Origin: a bacterium
Lineage (GTDB): Bacteria > Patescibacteriota > Minisyncoccia > UBA6257 > GWB1-50-10
NCBI GenBank assembly: GCA_021791135.1
Contig: JAJYXD010000076.1
Location: forward strand, 1-26,422
Reading direction: 5' to 3'
DNA: 26,422 nucleotides
Shown: one piece after another, positions 1 to 8,682 of the stretch
How positions within the stretch are numbered: position 1 is the stretch's first letter
Layout: every line of letters starts with the position of its first letter
Translations under genes and position numbers: made by a program
The notes under the pieces: model-generated
Told to the model about the DNA's origin: nothing
Seen by the model: only the letters and a program-made list of their open reading frames with translations
The model's database searches: none

Positions 1-20
1 TGGCGAAATGTCCTACTTTG

Positions 21-107
21 CGGAGGCGGAAGGATTCGAACCTTCGAGGGAGTTGCCCCCCTAACATCTTAGCAGGATGCTGCCTTAAACCACTCGGCCA
101 CGCCTCC
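21..107 (-). tRNA. tRNA-Ser(GCT)
   Basis: Reverse complement folds as GGAGGCG acceptor, GCATC-CT-GCT-AA-GATGT anticodon arm, long variable arm and GAAGG-TTCGAAT-CCTTC T arm; CCA not encoded. Confidence 0.95.
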
Positions 108-203
108 CCGCCAATTGAGGGTAACCGAAATGGCTAACGTGTTCAAGTTCAGGCGTGTGGTATATTTTACTCATGCCCGATCCTTAGTGAGTTGGAAAGA
201 ACT

Positions 204-731
204 ATGCGTACTTGGATTATCATTTTCATCATTCTTATCATGGGAACCGCGGGGTATTTCCTCTTTTCCGAACGGACAACAATCGTCACATCAAAAAGTT
301 GCGACGCGGACAATGCCGCGCGGTTGAATATAATAACCGCCTTCACTAAAGACTGGCCCGAGTTCGAGAAGACCATCAAAGAACGTCCCGCTCTTGGATC
401 TACGGTGTGGGGCATCCCCTACAACTTCCAATTCATTGGAAACAACAGGATGCTTATTTCCTTCGAAGACGGCCACGTAACACTCGCCTCCGTCATCCAA
501 TACAAATGTAAAGACGAAAACCCACAAGGATTTTCCATAGCCGAGACGCTCACCGACTACCCATTCAGTGAAGCGGTATGGAACGATATTCATAACCAGT
601 ATGGCGACGACAAGAGTTTCGGTGTTTATTCTTATACTAAGTCTATTTTCAGAAACGGTGCGCCGGTCCAGTACGACACCTGGACCGAGGTTCCCGAGAA
701 TATTTTTATTTTGCACCCGAAAGGGTACTGA
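204..731 (+). CDS. Hypothetical protein with N-terminal membrane anchor or signal peptide
   Basis: ORF 192..731; ATG at 204 gives MRTWIIIFIILIMGTAGYFLF followed by a soluble domain with 2 Cys. Confidence 0.75.
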   Translation: MRTWIIIFIILIMGTAGYFLFSERTTIVTSKSCDADNAARLNIITAFTKDWPEFEKTIKERPALGSTVWGIPYNFQFIGNNRMLISFEDGHVTLASVIQYKCKDENPQGFSIAETLTDYPFSEAVWNDIHNQYGDDKSFGVYSYTKSIFRNGAPVQYDTWTEVPENIFILHPKGY

Positions 732-739
732 AATTCAAT

Positions 740-1132
740 ATGTCCAAACCAAAAGAAGGAACGACACGGGATGGGAAGTTGATGCACTTTTCCGCTGGCG
801 CGATTATCGAGCGCGATGAAAAGTATCTTTTGATCGATCGCGCCATACCACCTTTCGGGTTTGCGGGGGTCGCGGGGCATGTCGATGAGGGAGAGGGCGG
901 GCGCGAGGCAGTACTACGAGAAATAAAAGAATGTTCGATGAAGTGTTGTAAGGGCCGCGGAGGTATGTGTAACGGCGCGGCAAGCGGGGTGTACGGCCTC
1001 GGGCTTATCGGTGCGGCAATCTACTTCATAGGACAAGCGACGACCTTCTGGATGGGCGTGCTTGGAGTTCTTAAAGCGATCGTCTGGCCCGCGATGCTCG
1101 TGTACGAGCTTCTCAAATTCCTGAACGTATAG
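740..1132 (+). CDS. Chimeric ORF: truncated NUDIX hydrolase N-half fused to a 64-aa two-TM membrane protein (second start at ATG 938)
   Basis: GHVDEGEGGREAVLREIKE is a Nudix box lacking its terminal ExG; then MKCCKG...GVYGLGLIGAAIYFIGQATTFWMGVLGVLKAIVWPAMLVYE. Confidence 0.65.
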   Translation: MSKPKEGTTRDGKLMHFSAGAIIERDEKYLLIDRAIPPFGFAGVAGHVDEGEGGREAVLREIKECSMKCCKGRGGMCNGAASGVYGLGLIGAAIYFIGQATTFWMGVLGVLKAIVWPAMLVYELLKFLNV

Positions 1133-1136
1133 AAGA

Positions 1137-1415
1137 TTACTTTCCTTTTCCCTTCTTCTCTTTTATCCTCTCGTCCAATCGGATCATCTCTTTAGTATTG
1201 ATGAGCGTGTGGAGCAGCGGAAGCAACTCTTGTTCTTCTCTAATGTCCGGCGTCCGCGAAAGATCCGCAAACCGTTTGAGTCGTTTCGAAAATACCGAGT
1301 AGGTTGTCAGAAAATAATCCTCGAGGTCTACTTGTTGTTTTTCTTCCGGTTCATCGCGAAGGATAAACGACGGGAATGTCGTTGTTCCGCATGAAATAAC
1401 GTAGTCCGTGATCAT
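1137..1415 (-). CDS. Hypothetical protein, 92 aa, directly downstream of radC
   Basis: ATG 2 nt after the radC stop suggests coupling; no recognisable motif. Confidence 0.45.
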   Translation of the reverse strand: MITDYVISCGTTTFPSFILRDEPEEKQQVDLEDYFLTTYSVFSKRLKRFADLSRTPDIREEQELLPLLHTLINTKEMIRLDERIKEKKGKGK

Positions 1416-1417
1416 GG

Positions 1418-2176
1418 TTATGGTTTCGGCATAATGCTCGTGAACGTCTTCTTGGTGACGATGACGTGATCGAGCACCTCGATGCCCATGAGCTTTCCGG
1501 CCTCGACGAGCTGCCGGGTAATCACAAGATCCGCATCGCTCGGCGCAACGACACCCGAGGGATGGTTATGCGCGAGAATGACGGCCGATGCGGAGTGTTC
1601 CACTGCGGGCAAAAACACCTCGCGCGGGTGAATAATATTTGCGGTCAAGCTGCCGATCGAAATTATTTCATCGTGCACGAGATGATAATGTGCGTTGAGA
1701 TACAACCCCCGTAGGTGTTCTTTCGGCAAGTCCGCCATATCTTTCAAATATTCGTATACCTGGCGCGACGTACGAAGAAAAAGGGGCTTCCCTCCCTTCG
1801 CGGGTTCGAAAAATCTTCGTCCCAGCTCAAAGCAGGCAACCGCCTGACACGCTTTTGTGGTCGGAATACCGAGCGCTTTTTGGATCTTTTTCGGATCCTT
1901 CTCGTTCACGATTGCCTTATTTCCGTACTCTTTCAAAAGGCGTTTCGACATCGCGAGCACGTCCTCTTTTTTCGAACCGACGCCAAACACGATCGCGAGG
2001 AGTTCGCTCACGGACAGCGCGTCGGGTCCGTATTTCATAAGTTTCTCGCGCGGTTTCTCTTCCTGCGGGAGATCGCGGATTTTCAAAACATATTTTTTCT
2101 CCCCTTCCCCCGATATGAGATCGGTGTCGGAGAGGAGATAGGAGCGTGTCGCGGTTTTTGTGGCAGTGTCCGCCAT
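1418..2176 (-). CDS. radC: RadC/JAB-domain protein
   Basis: PREKLMKYGPDALSVSELLAI N-terminus; E...HPREVF...ILAHNHPSG..APSDADL..T..L..AG.LMGIEVLDHVIV JAB motif; likely start ATG 2176 with TATAAT at 2189-2194 (-). Confidence 0.93.
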   Translation of the reverse strand: MADTATKTATRSYLLSDTDLISGEGEKKYVLKIRDLPQEEKPREKLMKYGPDALSVSELLAIVFGVGSKKEDVLAMSKRLLKEYGNKAIVNEKDPKKIQKALGIPTTKACQAVACFELGRRFFEPAKGGKPLFLRTSRQVYEYLKDMADLPKEHLRGLYLNAHYHLVHDEIISIGSLTANIIHPREVFLPAVEHSASAVILAHNHPSGVVAPSDADLVITRQLVEAGKLMGIEVLDHVIVTKKTFTSIMPKP

Positions 2177-2340
2177 TTCTTTACTTTTATTATAGCACGC
2201 AAGCGCCCGTGTCCACGGAAAAAGGAAAAATAAAGTTATCCACTTTTCTATCAAGGCCCGGCCTCGATAGATTGGGATAGAAGAGATTTTCTCTTTTTGC
2301 TTTTATTTACTGGAAAGCCCATTTGTACTATGGTAAAAAC

Positions 2341-3213
2341 ATGAATCAAGGTCCTGAGACACCAGAAGTAGGCACCTTAGAGGGTGTCGACGCAACCGAA
2401 CAAGTTGTAGAGCAGACCGAAACGGAACCGGGAACTCAAGAAAATCTGCCTGAAAATACTATAGAGAAACCTTCAGAAATAGAGATAACCAAAACCATTA
2501 ACGAGATCAACCGCATCGATCGGGAGTTTTTTGATGCCCAAAAATCAGCCGCCGAGACGCAGGCAAAGATCTCGGAATTGGAAGAAAAAATGGGGATACC
2601 GTCGAACGGCGGAAAATCGCCCGCCATTGAAGCTCAGAACGAGAGAATAAAGCGACTCGGGGAACTCAAAAACGAACTGGATCAGAAAAAAGAGGAGTGG
2701 ATAACACAATACGGCCGCGAGAATCTGCCTGACGGAATCGCTCTGGATGACAATGAAGGAAACCGAGAAGCAAAGGGCCTCACCTTAGAAGACAAACCAA
2801 ATTCCGAACTGAGCGAACAGGAAAAGAAGGAGGATGCGGAACTTCGCAAGCAATTGATAAAAGCATGGCAATCGGATTCGGTTAAACATTTTGAAGAAGC
2901 GATGTGGGGAGATTGGAAGTCGGAGAACGTGATAAATCTTGAGTTTGCTATACAGCTTATGAAACAACGCGTGCCGGAAGCGATAGAAGCAGAAGCAAAG
3001 GACTTTTTGAGCGGCTTGGTGGAGGAACCGTCATTTTCGACTATCTGGATAAAATGGAAGGTTTCGTCTCGTCCAGAAGAAACCCTTGGTAAGTCGGGCT
3101 GGATTAGTAACCTAGACATCACCTTCGACGACGAGATTCAGGAAATTGCCAACGAAAGCGATATAAAAAATGGAGAAAAAGAAGAATCCGGAGTCGACTC
3201 CAAAGCCGCATAG
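2341..3213 (+). CDS. Acidic hypothetical protein with coiled-coil segment
   Basis: Long ORF (track 2323..3213), Glu-rich, heptad-like region AETQAKISELEEK...RLGELKNELDQKK; start ATG 2341 assumed. Confidence 0.75.
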   Translation: MNQGPETPEVGTLEGVDATEQVVEQTETEPGTQENLPENTIEKPSEIEITKTINEINRIDREFFDAQKSAAETQAKISELEEKMGIPSNGGKSPAIEAQNERIKRLGELKNELDQKKEEWITQYGRENLPDGIALDDNEGNREAKGLTLEDKPNSELSEQEKKEDAELRKQLIKAWQSDSVKHFEEAMWGDWKSENVINLEFAIQLMKQRVPEAIEAEAKDFLSGLVEEPSFSTIWIKWKVSSRPEETLGKSGWISNLDITFDDEIQEIANESDIKNGEKEESGVDSKAA

Positions 3214-3217
3214 AAGT

Positions 3218-3739
3218 ATGAATAAGAAAGTAATCGTTTTGACCGTGGTGCTCGTTGTGATTATCGGGGGAATTTTCTATTTCTCACAACAAAAACCCCA
3301 AGAGGCGTCAGCGCCCGCCCCACAAGAGACCGTTCCGACGACCGACGAGCAGGCGATAAGAAATCTCATCTCGCAATTTGGCGACAAGATGAAGACAATT
3401 TCTCTTCTTGCCCCGAAAAACGAACTCATCAAATCGATCGAAGACAACTACGGACCTTACATTTCTCCGGAGCTTCTCGCCGGATGGAGGATGCATCCCG
3501 AGTGGGCGCCGGGGCGGCTCACTTCAAGCCCGTGGCCCAGTAGAATAAAAATTCTTCTTCTCGAACGCCAAGACAACGGATCGTACGAAGCCCAAGGCAA
3601 GATCATGGAAATGACAAGCGTGGAAGAAGCGGGTGGAGGAGAGATCGATTCCGGACAATATGCCGCCCTGAAGATAAGAAAACAGAACGACAAGTGGATC
3701 ATCACCGGCTTTACGAAGGCCGTCCCGCAACAACAGTAA
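3218..3739 (+). CDS. Secreted or membrane-anchored hypothetical protein
   Basis: MNKKVIVLTVVLVVIIGGIFYF signal/TM, Pro-rich linker, globular domain with PGRLTSSPWP. Confidence 0.8.
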   Translation: MNKKVIVLTVVLVVIIGGIFYFSQQKPQEASAPAPQETVPTTDEQAIRNLISQFGDKMKTISLLAPKNELIKSIEDNYGPYISPELLAGWRMHPEWAPGRLTSSPWPSRIKILLLERQDNGSYEAQGKIMEMTSVEEAGGGEIDSGQYAALKIRKQNDKWIITGFTKAVPQQQ

Positions 3740-3842
3740 TCACTCCTATGCTTCATAATGCACGAGTAAAAACCTGGTCCGGATTCGTACACAACACTTC
3801 CTTTCTTTCCAATCGATAGGACGGATTTTTACCGCGTCGTTT

Positions 3843-3870
3843 CCGCCCTATTGGGCGGTTTTTGCTTTTT
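3843..3870 (+). terminator. Intrinsic terminator immediately upstream of yhhQ
   Basis: CCGCCC-TATT-GGGCGG followed by TTTTTGCTTTTT. Confidence 0.75.
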
Positions 3871-3876
3871 ACTTAT

Positions 3877-4536
3877 ATGACACAACTCACAGAACAATCT
3901 CACAAAAAAATAACTATCGCGCTCGCACTCTATCTCACCTCCCTCTTCGCCGCGAATACGCTGGGGTTAAAAATCATGCCGTTTCTCTTCGGTTCCCATC
4001 TTTCCGTCGCGGTATTTTCGTTCCCCATCGTTTTTCTCATGACGGACGTCATAGGAGAAGTGTTCGGGAAGCGCATCGCCAAGTTCTTCGTGCTCGCAGG
4101 ATTCGTGAGTACCGCGCTCTTCATCGCCTACTCGTTTCTTTCGCTCGCGATGCCATGGTTTCTTGAGGGCGAATGGGCGAGGGCGGGATACGATCAGATA
4201 TTCGGCGTCTCAATTCGCGTCGCCGTCGGATCGCTTGTGGCGTTTCTCGTCGCGGAGTATCAGGATGTGTTCTCTTTCTTTTTCTTCAGGGCAAAATTCG
4301 GGACAAAACACTTTTGGCTCCGTTCCAACCTCTCCAACGTGTGGTCCCAGCTCCTCGACAGCGTTATCTTTATGCTTATCGCCTTCGCGGGAATCTATCC
4401 GTGGGCCACGCTCATGAGTATAATCATCACGTGGTGGCTCTTTAAGGTCGCGATGGGGGTCCTTTATACTCCCCTTTCTTATCTTGGCATCTATCTTCTT
4501 CATGATCATACGACCAGTCAAAACCAGGGTGTTTAA
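3877..4536 (+). CDS. yhhQ: Queuosine precursor transporter (VUT/YhhQ family)
   Basis: AANTLGLKI, FPIVFLMTDVIGEVFG, GSLVAFLVAEYQDV, WLRSNLSNVWSQLLDSVIF; about 6 TM helices. Confidence 0.9.
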   Translation: MTQLTEQSHKKITIALALYLTSLFAANTLGLKIMPFLFGSHLSVAVFSFPIVFLMTDVIGEVFGKRIAKFFVLAGFVSTALFIAYSFLSLAMPWFLEGEWARAGYDQIFGVSIRVAVGSLVAFLVAEYQDVFSFFFFRAKFGTKHFWLRSNLSNVWSQLLDSVIFMLIAFAGIYPWATLMSIIITWWLFKVAMGVLYTPLSYLGIYLLHDHTTSQNQGV

Positions 4537-5230
4537 GGAGGGCGAGAATCTCCTTTCCTTCATCACGCGTTATGTAAGAACAATTCCCGAACGGTCGGTG
4601 ATTGTCGTTACGTCGAAGATTGTCGCGCTCGCGGAAAAGAGAACTGCGATTATTGAAAATCGCGGGACAAAAGTAGAACTGATCCTCAAAGAAAGCGAGT
4701 TCGCCATACCGACGAAGTACGCGTGGCTCACCATAAAAGACAGGATGGTAATGGCGTCCGCCGGCATCGACGAATCGAATGCAAACGGCAAGCTGATACT
4801 TTTGCCGAATGACAGTTTCAGAACGGCGCGTATCGTCAGGAAGAAACTCAAGGAGGAGTATCGCGTGAAAAATCTCGGCGTACTCATCACCGACAGCCGC
4901 ACGATACCGCTTCGTGCCGGAGTGACGGGAGTGGCGCTGGGGTATGCAGGTTTCCGCGGTATCAAGGATAATCGAGGCACGCCCGATATATTCGGAAGAA
5001 AATTCCACTTCTCCCGCACGGACGTGGCGGACAGCTTAGCGACTGCGGCGGTGCTCACGATGGGCGAAGGGAGAGAACAAACGCCGATCGCAATTATAAA
5101 AGAAGCGCCGGTTGTGTTTTCGAATATGACAAAACGAAACGAACTCTCGATCAGCATCGAGGACGACATGTACCGACCGCTCTTCGAGAAGCTACCAAAA
5201 ACGCAAAAAAGGAAAGGGATTAACAAATAG
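4502..5230 (+). CDS. Coenzyme F420-0:L-glutamate ligase (CofE)-like protein
   Basis: VVTSKIVALAE, SAGIDESN, VLITDSRTIPLRAGVTGVALG, DVADSLATAAVLTMGEGREQTPIAII match the CofE family; start overlaps yhhQ by 35 nt. Confidence 0.82.
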   Translation: MIIRPVKTRVFKEGENLLSFITRYVRTIPERSVIVVTSKIVALAEKRTAIIENRGTKVELILKESEFAIPTKYAWLTIKDRMVMASAGIDESNANGKLILLPNDSFRTARIVRKKLKEEYRVKNLGVLITDSRTIPLRAGVTGVALGYAGFRGIKDNRGTPDIFGRKFHFSRTDVADSLATAAVLTMGEGREQTPIAIIKEAPVVFSNMTKRNELSISIEDDMYRPLFEKLPKTQKRKGINK

Positions 5231-5260
5231 ACGCGTCTTCTGGTATGCTTACCATCAAAT

Positions 5261-5899
5261 ATGGCGCTTCAAGCAACCCACATACGATTTGCGATCGAGA
5301 TGAAGGATAAGTGTTCCCCTTCGAACCTTGAAGAATTTATTGCAGGGACCGTTTACCCGGACAGCAGGTACGTGACAAACACCCCAAGAGAGCTGACTCA
5401 TCTTCATGATTTTATGGAGTGGGATCTCAATAAAATTGATGATTTCAAGAAAGGGTGGTTTCTGCATCTCCTCTGCGACAAGGTTCAGGAAGAAACAACG
5501 CTCAAACTTTTTCCGGATATATTTTCGAAAGAGGGGAAGCAATATGACGAGGGGTGGGCGAAATACACGGTTATAAAGATGCTTCAGGATTTCTACGAAC
5601 TGGAAAATTTCGATCTGAAACCATATCTTCCTTATTTGAAACACGCAAGAAATCCGAATGGTGAAGATATAGAAAAAATAAAGTGGCACAATCAAATATT
5701 TTCAGATATGTACACCGAGCAAGAGAAAATCGAATTAGAAGACCATCTCCCGATATCAAGAAAATTGGGAGCAAGCGAATCGGTGATAGAAAGTTTAAAG
5801 AAGTGGACGGAGAACTTTCGAGCGGATACGGCAATCATGGAAAAAATCCAGAGAATGTATCCCGAGATGATACGCCTCGCCCGAGAGAGGATACAATAG
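5261..5899 (+). CDS. Putative metal-dependent hydrolase (zinc-dependent phospholipase C-like motif pattern)
   Basis: TH...G...PD...TH...G..LHLLCD arrangement of His/Asp ligands. Confidence 0.55.
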   Translation: MALQATHIRFAIEMKDKCSPSNLEEFIAGTVYPDSRYVTNTPRELTHLHDFMEWDLNKIDDFKKGWFLHLLCDKVQEETTLKLFPDIFSKEGKQYDEGWAKYTVIKMLQDFYELENFDLKPYLPYLKHARNPNGEDIEKIKWHNQIFSDMYTEQEKIELEDHLPISRKLGASESVIESLKKWTENFRADTAIMEKIQRMYPEMIRLARERIQ

Positions 5900-5903
5900 G
5901 AAT

Positions 5904-7121
5904 ATGGATTCCGAAACGAAAAATCCTCCCAAGGCCGCAAGAAATAGGAATGTCTTTTTCGTCGGGCTTTTGAGCTTCTTCGGCGGCATCAGCCAGGATG
6001 TGTTTGCACCGATTCTCCCGATCTACCTCACGACGGTTTTGGGGTTCGATAAGGCGTTCGTCGGAATCGCCGAAGGGCTCGTCACCGCGAGCGTAAATAT
6101 TTTCAAGGTGCTCGCGGGGTACTTCTCCGATAAATTCAAAAAACAAAAACCAATCATCTTCGTCGGTTATTTCTTCTCGATGGCCGGTCGGGTACTCCTC
6201 GCGCTCGTGACCTCGGGCGCGGCAGTCATTGGACTTCGGGCACTCGACGGAATCGGGAAAGGAGTGAAGGATCCGCCGAAAGACGTTTTGATCGCCGGAT
6301 CGGCGGCGAAAGAAACACGCGGGAAGAGTTTCGGAATCGCCCGGATGCTCGACACGCTCGGTTCGGTCGCGGGACCGCTTATTCTCTTTCTTCTCCTCTA
6401 CCTTCTCCAGGAAAGTGCGTCGCTCTATCACTACATTCTTCTTTTCAGCGCGATTCCCCTTCTCATCACGCTTTTCGTGCTCGTGACGAAAGTAAAAGAA
6501 ATACCGCAAGTTGTTCCGAACGCGAACGTAAGCTCAACAGAGAAAGTACGTAAGGGAAAACTCCCGAAATCGTTTTATCTCTTCCTCTTCGTCGTAGTCA
6601 TCTTCACGCTCGGCAATTCGTCCGATGCCTTTCTTATTCTCCGGGCAAGTAACCTCGGTTTCACGCTCCTTGAGATTCCACTCGTGATTGCGCTTTTCAA
6701 TCTCGTGTATGCCGCGGCCGCAGTGCCTTTCGGATCACTCTCCGACAGAATAGGACGCATCCCCACCATGCTTATCGGTTGGTCCGCATTCGCGGTCGTT
6801 TATCTCGGTTTCGCGCTTGCCGGACAGGCCTCGCTCGTCTGGCTTCTCTACGGTTTCTACGGCATCTACTACGCGACAAGCGAAGGTGTCGCGAAGGCGT
6901 TTCTTGCGGACATGGTGGGCACCGAGTACCGCGGGCGCGCATTCGGCATTTACGGTACGACGATCGGACTCGCGACGCTTCCCGCGAGTTTCTTTGCGGG
7001 GTTTCTCTGGGACAAGTTCGGGCCGCACATGCCGTTTTATTTCGGTGCCGTCATGGCGGGGATCGCCGTGATTCTTCTCTTTTCTTTTTCGCGGTACTTC
7101 AAACGCGCGGAGACAGCATAA
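5904..7121 (+). CDS. MFS transporter
   Basis: About 12 hydrophobic segments; GYFSDKFKKQKP and GSLSDRIGRIP motif-A copies. Confidence 0.92.
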   Translation: MDSETKNPPKAARNRNVFFVGLLSFFGGISQDVFAPILPIYLTTVLGFDKAFVGIAEGLVTASVNIFKVLAGYFSDKFKKQKPIIFVGYFFSMAGRVLLALVTSGAAVIGLRALDGIGKGVKDPPKDVLIAGSAAKETRGKSFGIARMLDTLGSVAGPLILFLLLYLLQESASLYHYILLFSAIPLLITLFVLVTKVKEIPQVVPNANVSSTEKVRKGKLPKSFYLFLFVVVIFTLGNSSDAFLILRASNLGFTLLEIPLVIALFNLVYAAAAVPFGSLSDRIGRIPTMLIGWSAFAVVYLGFALAGQASLVWLLYGFYGIYYATSEGVAKAFLADMVGTEYRGRAFGIYGTTIGLATLPASFFAGFLWDKFGPHMPFYFGAVMAGIAVILLFSFSRYFKRAETA

Positions 7122-7141
7122 ACCATTGGTGTCCGGATTAC

Positions 7142-7165
7142 GGAGGCTCAGCCTCCTTAATTTTT
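7142..7165 (+). terminator. Intrinsic terminator after the MFS gene
   Basis: GGAGGC-TCA-GCCTCC then TTAATTTTT. Confidence 0.6.
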
Positions 7166-7187
7166 ACTCTTGTTATCCGTTTTCCGG

Positions 7188-7819
7188 TCAATACCTTGGA
7201 AACGTTTTGAGTAGTTCGATCGGCGTCTTCATCCCAAGTCCCATGTGCGGTCGTTCGGAGTTGTAGTAGCGGAGATACTCGGGAATCTCCTTCTTCCAGA
7301 CCAGAATCCGTTTCGTGAACCACCTCGAGAATTCAGGCCCGTGATCCGACTGGAGGGTATTGAACGGGAAGGGAGCGATCTTTCGTGCCTCGTCCACGAA
7401 TCGGAGACTCCTCCATGTAGTCATCCCCATCGTGGGAAGGACGTACGCCTATCGGGAGTACACATCGATCAGGGTGTAGAGTCCGAGCCGTTCACGAAGA
7501 TCCCCGTCGTGTACGGTGTCGATTTCAACGAGGATTCCCGGGCGTTCCGGCATGGGTCTCGGAGGATACTGGTGCCACTGCTTTTGGGGAGAGAACCGTG
7601 ATATGCCGTGTCGGGAAAGCGTTCGTTTGACCGAGGAGAGGGAGATGTGAATCCCTTCCTCACGCAACCGATGAAGCAAAAGCTCCGCACACTGGTTCCG
7701 TTCCTTACGGGGGAAAGAATGCGTTCCACCACCTCCCGTACTCCCGACCCGGAACGAACCATTCGTACCGCCTCCATCCGAAGACGGGGCAACCTCTTGT
7801 TGGTTTCATACATACCCAT
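7188..7819 (-). pseudogene. Transposase pseudogene
   Basis: Frameshift near 7700, in-frame TAG at 7449-7451, and apparent deletions after the HTH start and in the C-terminal catalytic region. Confidence 0.8.
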
Positions 7820-7851
7820 ATTCTATCCCGCAGGTGTTTCCAGGCTATTGA
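7188..7851 (-). mobile_element. Degenerate IS481-like (rve/DDE) insertion sequence with 16-bp terminal inverted repeats
   Basis: TIRs TCAATACCTTGGAAAC (7188-7203) and GTTTCCAGGCTATTGA (7836-7851), 14/16 complementary; internal transposase fragments LPRLRMEAVR, LVEIDTVH, YTLIDVYSR, LQSDHGPEF, YYNSERPHMGL. Confidence 0.8.
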
Positions 7852-7932
7852 ACCATTACGCTAAAATTGACATACGGTAGAAATTTGTTTACAGTGCGGT
7901 CAAACAGAAACTTTATAAAGGAGGAGCTGATT

Positions 7933-8358
7933 ATGACAACACAACAGGTACGGCACGGCGGGGGGAGTTTTCTATTTTTTCGTTCGTTCATTATCGTGGC
8001 TATTCTATATCTCGTTATTGCTGCAGCGATGGCTACCAATTACAGACCATGGAATGTCTCAACTCAACAGATCTTTTTCGTCGGTCTAATCGCCATTTCC
8101 GCAGTCATGTCAATTTCTTATCCGCTCGGCAGAAAACTGAACTGGAGCAGAACGAAATTCCTGGAGAGAGAAGTACAGAAATATGATCGCCTAATACAGG
8201 CCTATTCTCAATGCAAGGACACATATAGCGTCGTGTTGAAATCGGACTATGAACATATGAAAGCAAGTGCGAAATTTCATCTGGAAGCACTAACGAGTAC
8301 GGGAAAGAGGAGAATTATCAACGGCCTTTTCATTATTGCCGCGATAGCTGTGTACTAG
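7933..8358 (+). CDS. Membrane hypothetical protein, possibly frameshifted with its true end at 8482
   Basis: AGGAG SD before ATG 7933; 2 N-terminal TM helices; a third TM cut by TAG, with hydrophobic continuation in the +1 frame. Confidence 0.65.
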   Translation: MTTQQVRHGGGSFLFFRSFIIVAILYLVIAAAMATNYRPWNVSTQQIFFVGLIAISAVMSISYPLGRKLNWSRTKFLEREVQKYDRLIQAYSQCKDTYSVVLKSDYEHMKASAKFHLEALTSTGKRRIINGLFIIAAIAVY

Positions 8359-8491
8359 CGGGTTCTTGTTTGCGGCGTTTGCACAAAAAGAGGCGGCGCG
8401 GGACGTCTTTCCTGTGGTCTCTGTAATCCTTTTCATATTGTTAATCTTCTACATTGCTTGGCGCATAAAAAGAAGGGCGTAAAAACAAATT

Positions 8492-8536
8492 TTATCTACG
8501 ACGGGACTTGAAATTCAGGTCCCTTCGATGTTTTTA
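8492..8536 (+). terminator. Probable terminator hairpin
   Basis: GGGAC-TTGA-AAT-TCAG-GTCCC followed by TTCGATGTTTTT. Confidence 0.5.
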
Positions 8537-8566
8537 TACAGTTTTCTTTTCTTCTCTCCTCTGTTT

Positions 8567-8669
8567 ACCCCGTTAGACTCTGAAAATTTCATTCTTTACA
8601 ATCAGAGATAAGAAATATGTAATCAACACACACAGTAAGTTCGTTCTTGAGGTAAGAGTCTAACGTGGT
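8567..8669. promoter_or_regulatory. 14-bp inverted repeats enclosing a sigma70-like promoter
   Basis: ACCCCGTTAGACTC (8567-8580) and GAGTCTAACGTGGT (8656-8669), 13/14; TTTACA-N17-TGTAAT at 8595-8623. Confidence 0.55.
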
Positions 8670-8682
8670 TTACAATAAGTAG

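Noticed and set aside
2209-2244. DnaA-like boxes upstream of radC
   Set aside because: TTATCCACT is 8/9 and the second match is poor; chance occurrence cannot be excluded.
3745-3830. Canonical preQ1-I riboswitch
   Set aside because: No P1 stem followed by the A-rich tail; kept only as an unexplained leader.
7121-7857. AACCATT direct repeat as the IS target-site duplication
   Set aside because: The left copy lies about 60 bp outside the TIR, so it does not flank the element.
8572-8664. GTTAGAC...GTCTAAC as an integron attC site
   Set aside because: The order is the reverse of attC (RYYYAAC should come first), the interior is not self-complementary and no integrase is present.
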